28,517 nt of DNA from positions 1 through 28,517 of the forward strand of contig CASDUM010000027.1 of assembly GCA_949283985.1 (NCBI GenBank). The letters are read 5' to 3'. This stretch comes from an uncultured Mycoplasmataceae bacterium. Lineage in GTDB: Bacteria > Bacillota_I > Bacilli_A > Mycoplasmatales > Mycoplasmoidaceae. The stretch's first letter is position 1. Each line of letters begins with the position of its first letter. A model generated the notes under the pieces. It was not told where the DNA came from, made no database searches, and saw nothing but the letters and a program-made list of their open reading frames with translations. Made by a program: the position numbers and the translations under genes. Positions 1 to 10,643 of the stretch are shown here, piece after piece.

Positions 1-3000
1 CAATTCAAATAAAATTAAATCACTTGAAGATATCATTCTTGAACAATCTGAGTTATTAAAATCAGTTGCTACAACTGCACAAGAATTTAGTGAAGAAACT
101 AACTCTAAATTTGCAAATGTTGAAGATAAAATCTCAGCAATTAATGAACAAATTTTTATCTTAAAACAAACTGATGAAACTCTTGAACAAAGAATTGAAG
201 AAAAACAAGCTGAAGTTAGAGAATTAATTAGTTCATTAGAAAAATCTATAAACGAAAAATTATTAGATGTTGATGAAAAAATTATGCTAACTACAAAAGA
301 AACGCTTGATATTGTTAATAGTTTCAATGATGAAATCACTTCTAAAATCTTAAAAATAGAAGAAACAATTATTAAAAATAATGATTATATTCTTGAAATT
401 GAGATTAAAGAAATAAAAGAAAAATTATCTCAAACTGTTTCTGATATTAGAGAAAATGCAGACAAAATTTCTTCTAATAATAATAAAATTCAATTGATTG
501 AAAGAAACTTTGAAGAGCTTTCTATGAAATCATCTAGTGACGATGAATTATTAAGAAATGAAATCAATAAATTAAATGAAGAAAATAAAAACATTCTTGA
601 TTTAATAAATAAAAATAAAGAAATAATAGAAGATGAAATAAGTAAGAATGTAAAAGAGATAGAAGAAAAAATAAAATCAACATCTTATGAACTTTCAGAA
701 AAAATTAATAATTTATTTGAAGAAGTTAAATCATTAATTGATCAAATAGAAACTAAACATAATGAATCTATATTAACTATTAACCAAAAAACTGAAATGT
801 TAGAAGGATTGATTCTTGATACAAATGAAAGAATTGGTTTAGTTGATAGTAAAGTCATTAATTTAGAAGAAAAATCTAATAAGCACGAAGAAGATATTAT
901 AGAAATTAAATCTAAAGTATCTGATGTTTCAAAAGAATTTGATTTAATAAAGAAAAACTGAATTATTAATAACCAAAAAATTGCTAGTTTAGAAAAAGTA
1001 ATATTACAACATTCAGCAGAATTAAAAGAGTTATATACTAATATGAATGAATATGCTGAAATCAAGTTTAATGATATTGAAGAAAAAATTAGCAACATTA
1101 AAATTGAAATTAATAATTTAACTGAAATAAATCAAAAATATGAATCAAAAATTGATGATTTAGAAAACCAAATTACAAATAATATCATTTCAAGATTAAA
1201 TAAAATTGATCTTCAAGTTTCAGAAATAAATGATTGAATTAAGAACTTCAATGTTAAAACTGATGAAATTCTTGAAGAAATCAAAAAAATCAAAGAATCT
1301 ACTGGCAGTATCAACAATAATGACATCACTAAAGTTCAAGAAAATAAGTTAAAAGAGCTTTATGATGAAATAATTAAAATGATTGATGACAATAGAAATG
1401 AATACAACTTGAAAATGAATGATTTAACAAGATACCTTGGTGTTTCTGAAGAAGAATTAAAACAAGATCAAGTTTCTATTTTAGAAAAAATAAGAAACAA
1501 TGAAAATAGAATCATTAAATTAGAAAATCTTTTATTAGTTCAAGGTCACGAAATTAAATCTGTAGTTGATGGAAATTCAAATTCTGACATTAGTGAATTA
1601 ATTAATAAAGTTGAAAACTTAATTTCAGGTGAAATTAGCATTAAAAAAGAAATTGAAAAACTTATTAATGAAAATGTTGAAATTAAAAAACAATTAAAAG
1701 AAACATCAACTTTAATTGAAACTAATTACGACATATTAAGCACTTTATTTAAGGACACTAATGAAAGAATTTCTTACAACAAAGATCAAATTGACAAAAT
1801 TCTTCTACTTGTTTCAAATGGTGAACAAGCAACTCATGAAATAGATAAATTAAATGATTTATTAAAAACTATTAAAGAACATTCTGATGAAATTTTTAGA
1901 TTAAAAGAAATAATTGAAGGAATAAATGATCCTGATTTATATAATAAATTTGAAGCTAGAATAAATGATTTAGAATACAAAAATAGTGTATTAGAGGAAG
2001 AATTTAAACTTCATAAAAATATATTCAATAACACAATTGATGAAATAAATAAAACAATTTTAGTTTTAACTAATGAAGTTAAAGAAATTTCTGAACTTAA
2101 GCTAAAAGATTCTAACGAAATTAATTCAAGTGAATTAAAAGAAAAGATAACTAACATTGTTGAAACAATAGTTACTAATAACTTAAAATATTTGATAGAT
2201 GATATTAATGAATTTAAAAAGATGACTTTTGAAGACAAAGTTGTGATCATAGATGAAATTATTAAATTCAAAGAAAGCTTTGATACAATAGAATCTAAAT
2301 TAAGACTTATTTTAGATAAAGAAGATGAAAACTCAATTATTTCTTTATTAAAGAAAACAAGGGAAGAATTATCATTCCTAACAAATGAAATTGTTGATAT
2401 TGAAAAAGCATGATTAATTAATAATCAAAAATTAGTTAGAATGGAAAATTTATTATTACTACAATCAGAAGAAATGAAAGAATTCTCTGATAAAATGGGA
2501 GAACTTTCTGCTAAAAATATGGCAGTTGTTAACGACTTAATTAAATCTGAAAATGAATTAAAAGAAGAAATTCATAATTTAAAAAATAAAGATGAAGAAT
2601 TAAGTGAACAATATAGTAGATTTAAAAATATGTTTGAACTTAAATTAAATGAAGTAGCAATAAATATTAAATCATTATTTAATGACTATGATGAAAAAGT
2701 TCAATTAGATATTAAAAAAATACACGACGATTTAGAAGAAAAAATAAAACCTAACATCATTTTAACTAAAGAGGAAGCTAAAGAAATTATTACAAGATAT
2801 ATTCTTGAAATAACTAATGTAGAAATTCCAAAAATAATTGATTTATTAAATAATACAAATAGCCAATTAAATAAAACATATGAAGCATGATTAAGAAATA
2901 ATCAACAAGTTTCATTGATTGAAGAAGTAATTTTAGATCAAGATAAAGAATTAAGAAATGCTTCTAAGAAAAATTTCGAAGAAATGCAACATATTTCTTT

Positions 3001-3241
3001 ATTACTTGATGAAATAAATAAAAAAGAAAATAAAAATGATACACTTGAAATGCTTAAAAAAATTAATGATTTAGAAGAAATTATTAAAAATATTGAAGGA
3101 AAATTCTCTGTAAGTGAAATTAAAGAAGTTGTTGAAAAACAAGAAGAGATTGCAGTAGCATTAAATGATTCAGAACTTAAATCAGATGTTAAGGATGCAA
3201 TTCTAGAATTAGTATTAAATCACAAGAAGAGATTAGTGTAA
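1..3241 (+). CDS. Large coiled-coil protein (>1079 aa, 5'-truncated by the window), probable cytoskeletal/attachment-organelle component
   Basis: Frame starting at nt 2 is open to TAA 3239-3241 when TGA (959, 1235, 2411, 2888) is read as Trp; joins track ORFs 284, 1043, 1379, 2441 and 2915 (same frame). E/K/I/L/N-rich heptad composition, no TM segment. Function inferred from resemblance to mycoplasma HMW-type proteins. Confidence 0.8.
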
Positions 3242-4281
3242 AATAAAGGAGGGTATTAATTATGAGATATAGACACACTAGTGTATATGAAATGGCAAAA
3301 ACAAATACCAATAATGACATTTCATTAAATAAATTAGAAGAACTTATTAATCAATTAATTCCTTCTTGTCAAGAAAATACAGAAGATATTTCAATAATTA
3401 AAGAAAAATCATCAATTGATGAGAGTAGATTATCAAGGTTAGAAGAATTAGTTTCTCAACATTCAGAAGAGCTTGAAAAATTCAAACAAGAAAAAGATGA
3501 ATTAATTAATTTAATTGAAGAAAAAATTAATTCACTTTCTCCTTCTGATAATAAGCAAGCTGAATTACTGTTAGATGAATTATTATTATTCAAAAATGAA
3601 CAGCAAAAATTCAATATTGAAGTAATTGAAAAAGTTGATGATAGAATAGATAGGATTAATGAATTAATTGATTTTATCAATTCTATGAAAGGTAAAATAG
3701 ATTCATTAGAAGAGTCACTAAATGAAAAATTAAATGAGACTAAAAATGAAGAAACAACAATTATAAATGATATTGTTGAAACTGTTGTTGAAAGTAATTC
3801 AAATAGTGATCTAGAAAAAGAAGTTGAAATTCTAAAATCTGAAATAATAAAAGAACAACAAGAAAATAAAAGATTAAAAGAACTTCTTGAAGAAGAAAAA
3901 GAAAATCCTGAAGATGATTTATCTTTTAATGAAGATTGATTAAAAGAGTTTGAAAGAATGAAATTATCACTTGAGGATGATGGTATTTATGAATATGAAT
4001 ATGATGAAACAGGAGACGAAGATATGAAATTCGATTTTTATAATGGTGAATTACCAAAGACTAAAATTGTTAAAGTTAGATCTAATGATTTAGTAAAATC
4101 TTATGATCATGATGAAATCAATTCGTTTATTGGTGAAGAAGCTAGAAAATTAGCTTCAAGAGAAATTGATAAATTACAACAAGATTCTGAAATGACTCAA
4201 AAAGCTTGATTAGCTAATAATCAAAAATTAACTCAAATGGCATCTATAATTGAAAAACAAGAACAAGAAATTAAAAGATTA
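2..4281 (+). repeat. Dispersed ~22-25 aa protein repeat (W)-[LI]-x-N-N-Q-[KQ]-[ILV]-x-x-[LMI]-E-x-[LVI]-[IL]-L-x-[QH]-x-x-E-[LIM]-[KR]
   Basis: Clear copies at 959, 2411, 2888 and 4207; degenerate copies at 2, 1499 and 3418. Manual alignment. Confidence 0.7.
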
Positions 4282-4692
4282 AATGCTGAAAATAGATTAA
4301 AAGATTTCGATAGCGAAAACTTCTCTGAAGATTTATCAAAAATGATTAAACATGAAGCATTAAAATTAATAAGAGAAGAATACGAAGAAAGAATCTTAAA
4401 TCTAGAACACGGAAAAAGAAACAATCAATCATCATCAGTTGAAGAATTGGAAAGAGAGCTACAACTTCAAAAAGCTGAGAATGAAAGACTTAGAGCTTTA
4501 TTAGGTGAAAAACCAGTTGAACCTCAAAAAGTTGTCGTTGAAGTAAAAGCTGAAGAACCTAAAGTTATTGTTAACAAGAATCCCGATATTGCAATTTCTC
4601 AAAAAAGAAAAAGAAAACAAAAATTCTTTTTTGAAATCAAAGAACACAATACACCAAAAATCACTAAAGCCGATCTTGATAGAGAAAAATAA
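3262..4692 (+). CDS. Coiled-coil protein (476 aa) with an acidic-aromatic central patch and a Pro/Val then basic C-terminus; probable cytoskeletal partner of the upstream gene
   Basis: RBS AAGGAGGGT just upstream; ORFs 3262, 3958 and 4237 are in one frame joined by TGA 3937 and 4207; TAA 4690-4692; terminator follows. Confidence 0.8.
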
Positions 4693-4704
4693 ATACCATG
4701 ATAC

Positions 4705-4741
4705 AAATATTTATGATTTTAAATCATAAATATTTTTTTTA
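4705..4741 (+). terminator. Intrinsic terminator after the coiled-coil operon
   Basis: Perfect 15-bp inverted repeat AAATATTTATGATTT / AAATCATAAATATTT followed by a T-run, 12 nt after the stop. Confidence 0.75.
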
Positions 4742-4790
4742 TTCACTAGATAGTTTATAATTAATAAAATTAATATTTGGGAAAAACAAA

Positions 4791-5435
4791 ATGGGAAGAC
4801 TAAGAAAAAATCCTAAAGCGATAGAAAATTTATCAAAGAATAAAAATTATATTTTAAATCCCAGTTCATATAAATCGTTATGAAATAAGGAAATATTCAA
4901 GAACAACAATGATATTGAAATTGAAATAGGTTCAGGAAAAGGTATTTTTATAACTACAAAAGCTAAAGATAATTTAAATATAAATTATATAGCGATTGAT
5001 AAATATGAATCTATTTTAGTAAAATTGATAAAAAAAGTAACAAATGATATGAATAATTTAAGAGTCTTTTCATATGATGCAAAAGATTTAGAAAATGTTT
5101 TTGAAAAAGAAGAGATCTCAAAAATATATTTAAATTTTTCAGATCCATGACCAAAATCTAGACATGACAAAAGAAGATTAACACATATAAATTTTTTAAG
5201 AGTTTATAAAAATATTTTAAAGCATGAAGGTCTTATAGAATTTAAAACAGATAATTTAGATTTTTTTAATTGAACAATAGAACATTTGAATGAAATTGGA
5301 TTAGATATTAAATATGTAACATACGATCTTCATTCTGAAAGTATAGATAATACTATGACTGAATATGAAAAGAAATTTTCAGAAAAAGGAACAAAAATAA
5401 ATAAACTAGTATTTGATTTAAAAAAGTTAAAATAA
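4791..5435 (+). CDS. trmB: tRNA (guanine-N7)-methyltransferase (214 aa)
   Basis: MGRLRK start, [12 protein letters not shown] motif, [32 protein letters not shown]. Missed by the track because of TGA codons. Confidence 0.95.
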
Positions 5436-5489
5436 ATTAGCAATATTTTTTTGTAAATATAATGTTATATAATATTATTGGAGTTTAAA

Positions 5490-6224
5490 ATGTTAAAGAT
5501 TAGTTCATTAAATGTTAATATAAAAGAAAAAAATATATTAAAAAATATTGATTTAGAAATTAATGAAGGAGATATAATTGCAATTCTTGGTCCAAATGGA
5601 CATGGAAAATCAACTATTTTAAAATCTATTTTTAATCATTACACGATAGAAAAAAAATCTGGAAAAATTACGTTTAACAATATAGATATTACAGACATGT
5701 CTCCAGATGAAATTTCTAAATTGGGAATATTTTTATGTGTTCAAACACCAGATGAAATACAAGGCGTTAGTATGATTGATTTTTTAAGATCAGTTGCTAA
5801 TTCACATTCTGAAGAAGGTGTTAAGATTTCTGAATTATATAAAAATATTGAGTCATCATTAAAAAAATTAAATTTAAATAGAGAAATTTTAAAAAGAAGC
5901 GTTAACACAAATTTTTCTGGTGGGGAAAAGAAAAAAAGTGAAATAATGCAAATGTTACTAATTAACCCACAGTTATTATTACTTGATGAAATTGATTCTG
6001 GTTTAGATGTTGACTCACTAAATGACATTATAAATATTATCAATGAATGATATAGTCAAGATAATAAAAAATCAATGGTAATTGTTAGTCACAATGAGAG
6101 AATTTTCAATAAAATAAAACCTAACAAAGTTATTGTTATACAAAATGGTGAAATTAAATTAATTGGTGGCAAGGAAATAATTGATAAAGTAAACGCTGAA
6201 GGATATGGTTGAATTAATGAGTAG
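5490..6224 (+). CDS. sufC: Fe-S assembly ABC ATPase SufC (244 aa)
   Basis: Walker A GPNGHGKST, VNTNFSGGEKKK, LLLDEIDSGLDVD, VSH motif; GGAG RBS before ATG 5490; TAG 6222-6224. Confidence 0.95.
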
Positions 6225-6789
6225 TCTAATAAAAAATTATGATGTGAATGGTTTTAAAAAAATATCAATTCTTGATTTAGATAAAAATAGAGAAAATGTT
6301 GAAATCAATGTTAATGTATCTAAAAACTCAAAAGTTATAATTAATTGTTCAGTGTTAAGCAATAATATCAAAAAGAACTATAAGGTTAACATTTATCATG
6401 AGTCATCTGACTCCACTAGCGAATGCTACTGTAACGGTATTTCTAAAGAAAATAATATAAAATTTGAAATTAATACAAGTATTAATAAAAATACTGAAAA
6501 TAATAATTGCAAACAAGAAATAAGAGGATATCTTTTAACGAAAAACTCAATGATAAAGGGTAATCCAAATTTAATTATTGATACAAACAAAATTAAAGCT
6601 AGTCACAAATTATCAATTGGCAAAGTTAATGATAATCATTTGTATTATTTAATGTCAAGAGGAATTGATAAAAAAGAGGCAATGTATTTATTAACATCAT
6701 CTATATTTTTTAGACACTTAGAAATGATAGATGAAGAAAAACAAGAAGAAATAAAAAATGAGATAAAGAGTTATTACAATGAATTATAA
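6217..6789 (+). CDS. sufD: Short SufD-like scaffold protein (~190 aa; alternative start 6205)
   Basis: Position between sufC and sufS; QEIRGYLL, GNPNLIIDTNKIKASHKLSIGKVNDNHLYYLMSRGIDKKEA matches the SufB/D C-terminal region. Confidence 0.85.
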   Translation: MSSLIKNYDVNGFKKISILDLDKNRENVEINVNVSKNSKVIINCSVLSNNIKKNYKVNIYHESSDSTSECYCNGISKENNIKFEINTSINKNTENNNCKQEIRGYLLTKNSMIKGNPNLIIDTNKIKASHKLSIGKVNDNHLYYLMSRGIDKKEAMYLLTSSIFFRHLEMIDEEKQEEIKNEIKSYYNEL

Positions 6790-7987
6790 AAAAGATTTCC
6801 CATGATTTAAGAATAATCCAAATTTAATTTATTTAGACAGTGCAGCAACATCATTAAAATTAGAATGTGTTAAAGAAGCGATCAATGATTATATAGATAA
6901 TTGATCATACAATCCACATAATATTGATTCAAAACACACATACAAATGCATAGAAGTAATTAATGAAACTAGAAAATTACTTGCTAATTTTTTGAATTCA
7001 TCAGAATCTGGAAAAATAATTTTTACTCCAGGAGCAACATATTCTATTAATATAGCTGCAGACGGCATCAAACATAATTTAAATGAAGGTGATGAAATCA
7101 TTATTAATACAATGGAACACGCTTCAAATATTTTGCCATGATATAAAATAGCAGAAGAAAGAAAATGTAAAATTATTTTTGCAGAAATTCACGAATTAAG
7201 ATTAAATGAAGAAGACTTGATTAGTAAGATTACTAATAGAACAAAAATTATAGCTTTTGCTAATGCAACAAATCTTATTGGTAATAAGATTAATGCGGAA
7301 AAATTATCTATAAGAATTAAAGAAAAAAATCCTAATGTAATAATTTTTGTTGATGCAACACAATATTTATCATTAGAAAGAATGGATATTAAAAATTCAA
7401 AAATAGATTTTGTGTGTTGTTCTGCACACAAAATGTTTGGACCAACAGGAATTGGTGCATTATATTATTCAGATTGAGTTGGTAAAATTTTTAAACCATA
7501 TATTGTTGGTGGTGGAATGAATAATACGATAAATAAAAGTTCATTTACATACTTAAACGATGTTGGTAAATATGAAGGTGGAACGCCAAATGTAATGGGT
7601 ATTTTTGGATGAAACGCTGCATTAAAATATGTAGAAAAAATTGATTTAAATAAGGAAAAAAATAGATTAATAGAACTTAAAAAATATTTAGATAATGAAT
7701 TATCAAAAATTCAAAATGTAAAAATAATAAACAAAGGTATTAATTCACACATAACCATTTTCAATTACGATGGAATATTTAGTCAAGATTTTGCAAGCTA
7801 TTTGGGAGTAAACGGAATAATTGTAAGATCAGGATTATCTTGCGCTAAATTAATACATGAAAATATAAATAACAATGCAGTTATTAGAGTTTCATTAAGT
7901 ATCTACAATGACAAATCAGATGTTGATTATTTAATTAGCGTTATTAAAAAATTTAAGAAAGGAGATGAGTTAAATGGACTTATATAA
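6779..7987 (+). CDS. sufS: Cysteine desulfurase SufS (402 aa)
   Basis: IYLDSAATS, EHASNILPW, VDATQ, PLP-lysine motif SAHKMFGPTGIG, EGGTPN, catalytic RSGLSCA. Confidence 0.95.
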
Positions 7988-8414
7988 AGATCAGGATTTT
8001 TGTAGACAAGTTATAATGGATAATTATGAACGTCCTAACAAAAGAATAGAAAAAGACGACTTAAATAATTTTTTAAAATTCAACAATAACTCAGACTCTT
8101 GTATTGATAACATAACAATTTTTATGAAAATTGAAAATAATATTATTAAAGAAATGTTTTTTTCTGGTATCGGATGTGCAATTAGTACTTCTTCATCAAA
8201 TATAATTTGTAATCTTTTAATTAACAAAACAATTGATGAAGCAAATGAAATATTATCAAATTATTCAAAAATGATTAAAGCAGAAGAATATAACCAAGAA
8301 CTACTAGGCGATTTAAATGTTTTTAACAACATTTCAAATCAACCAAATAGAATAAAATGTTCAACAATTGGTACAGACGCTTGTAAGGAAATAATAAGAG
8401 GAATAAATGGATAA
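7974..8414 (+). CDS. sufU: SufU sulfur-transfer/scaffold protein (146 aa)
   Basis: SCIDNI, GIGCAISTSS and NRIKC supply the Cys/Asp/Cys/Cys ligand set of Bacillus-type SufU. Confidence 0.92.
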   Translation: MDLYKDQDFCRQVIMDNYERPNKRIEKDDLNNFLKFNNNSDSCIDNITIFMKIENNIIKEMFFSGIGCAISTSSSNIICNLLINKTIDEANEILSNYSKMIKAEEYNQELLGDLNVFNNISNQPNRIKCSTIGTDACKEIIRGING

Positions 8415-9801
8415 AGAAAATATTAAAGATACATATGATTTTGGATTTAACGATGGTGATAATTCAATTATTAAATTTGAGCCAGGATTAAGTGAAGAAG
8501 TAATAAGAAGAATATCTAAAATAAAAAATGAACCCGAATGAATGTTAGATATTAGACTTAAAGCATATAAAACATTTATTAAAATGTCCAATCCTAAATT
8601 TGGACCATCACTAGAAGAAATTAATTTTGATGAAATAACATATTATTCTAGTTCAACAAAAAGATCTGAAGAAGATTGAGATAAAGTTCCAGAAGAAATT
8701 AAAAAAACATTTGAAATAATAGGTATACAAGAAGCAGAGGCAAAATATTTAAATGGTGTTTCTACTCAATATGATTCTGAAACAGTGTATAAAAAAATTA
8801 GTAATGAGTTAAAAGAACAAGGTGTTATTTTTTCTAATATAGAAAGCGCTATTCAAAAATATCCAGATATAGTTAAAAAATATTTTGGAAAATTAGTTAG
8901 CTATTCTGATAACAAATACGCAGCTCTTAATACTGCAGTTTGATCTGGCGGTTCTTTTATTTATATACCTGATGGAGTTAAATTAGAAAAACCATTACAA
9001 GCGTATTTTAGAATTAACGGTAATAAAACAGGACAATTTGAAAGAACACTAATAATACTAGAATCTGATGCATCATTACATTATGTAGAGGGTTGTACAG
9101 CACCCGTTTATGATGAAAATAATCTTCATGCTGCAGTTGTTGAAGTTTTTGTTGGAAAAAATTCTAATTGTAGATATACAACAATACAAAATTGATCTAA
9201 AAATGTTATGAATTTAGTAACAAAAAGAGCTATTGTTAAAGAAAACGGAAATATGTCATGAATAGATGGAAATATTGGTTCATATATTAATATGAAATAT
9301 CCATGTACAATACTAGCAGGAGAAAATTCTAAAAGTGATAGCATTTCAGTTGCAATAGGTAGCGGTAAAACAATACAAGATGTTGGGGCAAAAATGATTC
9401 ACATAGCTCCAAATACTAGATCATCAATTATTTCAAAATCTATCTCATTAAATGGAGGAGATTCTAGATATAGAGGTTTTGTTGAAATAGCAAAAGATGC
9501 AATTAATTCTATTTCTCATATAGAATGTGACACTTTAATTCTTGATGATATTTCAAGAAGTGATACAATCCCGACAGAAATTATTAATAACTCAGAATCA
9601 TATGTAGATCATGAAGCAAAAATTTCTACGATAAATGATGACCAATTATTTTATTTTATGAGTAGAGGTATTTCAAAAGAAGAAGCAGAATTTTTAATAA
9701 TTCTTGGATTTATTGAACCTTTTACAAAAGAACTTCCAATGGAATATGCTGTTGAATTAAATAGACTTATAAAAATGGATATGGAAGGATCGGTAGGTTA
9801 A
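8407..9801 (+). CDS. sufB: Fe-S assembly scaffold SufB (464 aa)
   Basis: [96 protein letters not shown]. Confidence 0.96.
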
Positions 9802-9802
9802 T

Positions 9803-10045
9803 ATGTCATATTATAAGAAACCAAAATTTACATTAACTAATCATGTAATAAAAAGATATGTAGAAAGAGTTGAACCTAACCTTAGCGAATTTGAAGCAAG
9901 GACTAAAATCGAAAAAATTCTTGAAGATGTATTTCTTTCATCATCGGGCGATGATACTTCAGTAAAATTTATAACACATGATGGAAAATATGAAATTATT
10001 ACTACTAATGATTTTGTTGTTAAAACTATAATTCATAAAAAATAA
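9803..10045 (+). CDS. Hypothetical 80-aa protein coupled to sufB; T-x-H-x-x-x-R-Y-x-E-R motif suggests a DUF4258/BECR-type small RNase fold
   Basis: ATG 1 nt after the sufB stop; AGGT inside the sufB 3' end could act as RBS; LTNHVIKRYVER near the N-terminus and VVKTII at the C-terminus. The ORF is solid; the fold call is inference. Confidence 0.65.
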   Translation: MSYYKKPKFTLTNHVIKRYVERVEPNLSEFEARTKIEKILEDVFLSSSGDDTSVKFITHDGKYEIITTNDFVVKTIIHKK

Positions 10046-10102
10046 CATTTTAAAAATACATATAGTCAAAATATGTAGTATTATTAAATTAGGAGAATAT
10101 AT

Positions 10103-10597
10103 ATGAAAAATGAAATTTTAGATTTATTAAATACGTACTATTTCTTAGAAACAAAAACTTCACTATTATATAAAATGTATGGACAACATATTAGAAATTT
10201 TGGATTATCTAAATTAGCAGATTTCTTTGATGAAATGTCTAATGATAAAGGTGTTACACACACAAACATGATTAGTAAGTATTTATCAAGTTTTGGAAGA
10301 AATATAGAAATGATTAATTTAAATTTTGAAACTATAGATTATACTGATGATTTATTTGAAAATATTGAAAATATATTTGATGCTATCTTAGAAAACGAAG
10401 AATTATTAAGAGAAAAAGTTATTGAAATAGCTGACAAATCATTTGAAGAAAAAGATCATGACACATATCATTTTATTCAATGATTTGTAACAGATTCAAT
10501 GAAAGATATAAATGAAGTTTCTGATATTTATAATATTGTATTAAATGCAAATTCACCAGTAGAAGTAGAATTATATTTAACAAATTTAAGCAAATAA
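10103..10597 (+). CDS. ftn: Ferritin-like protein (164 aa) with a divergent ferroxidase centre
   Basis: AGGAG RBS; aligns to FtnA-type ferritin ([10 protein letters not shown] ~ NLELYSSLLY; [12 protein letters not shown] ~ DYPTFNFLQWYV); TGA 10481 = Trp; TAA 10595-10597. Confidence 0.85.
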
Positions 10598-10624
10598 TAA
10601 ATTCTTCAATTTATTATTTTTTTT
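10592..10624 (+). terminator. Probable intrinsic terminator after the ferritin gene
   Basis: 12-bp AT-only stem AAATAATAAATT / AATTTATTATTT with a CTTC loop, then a T-run. Confidence 0.55.
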
Positions 10625-10643
10625 AAATAATGGAGTATTTACC

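Noticed and set aside
3925-4060. Possible EAGR box
   Set aside because: Acidic and aromatic, but lacks the Gly/Trp pattern (GxW...GYFD) of EAGR boxes.
5457-5478. Palindromic AT-rich sequence before sufC as a Fur/PerR box
   Set aside because: Poor match to 7-1-7 consensus sequences; such palindromes are expected by chance at this AT content.
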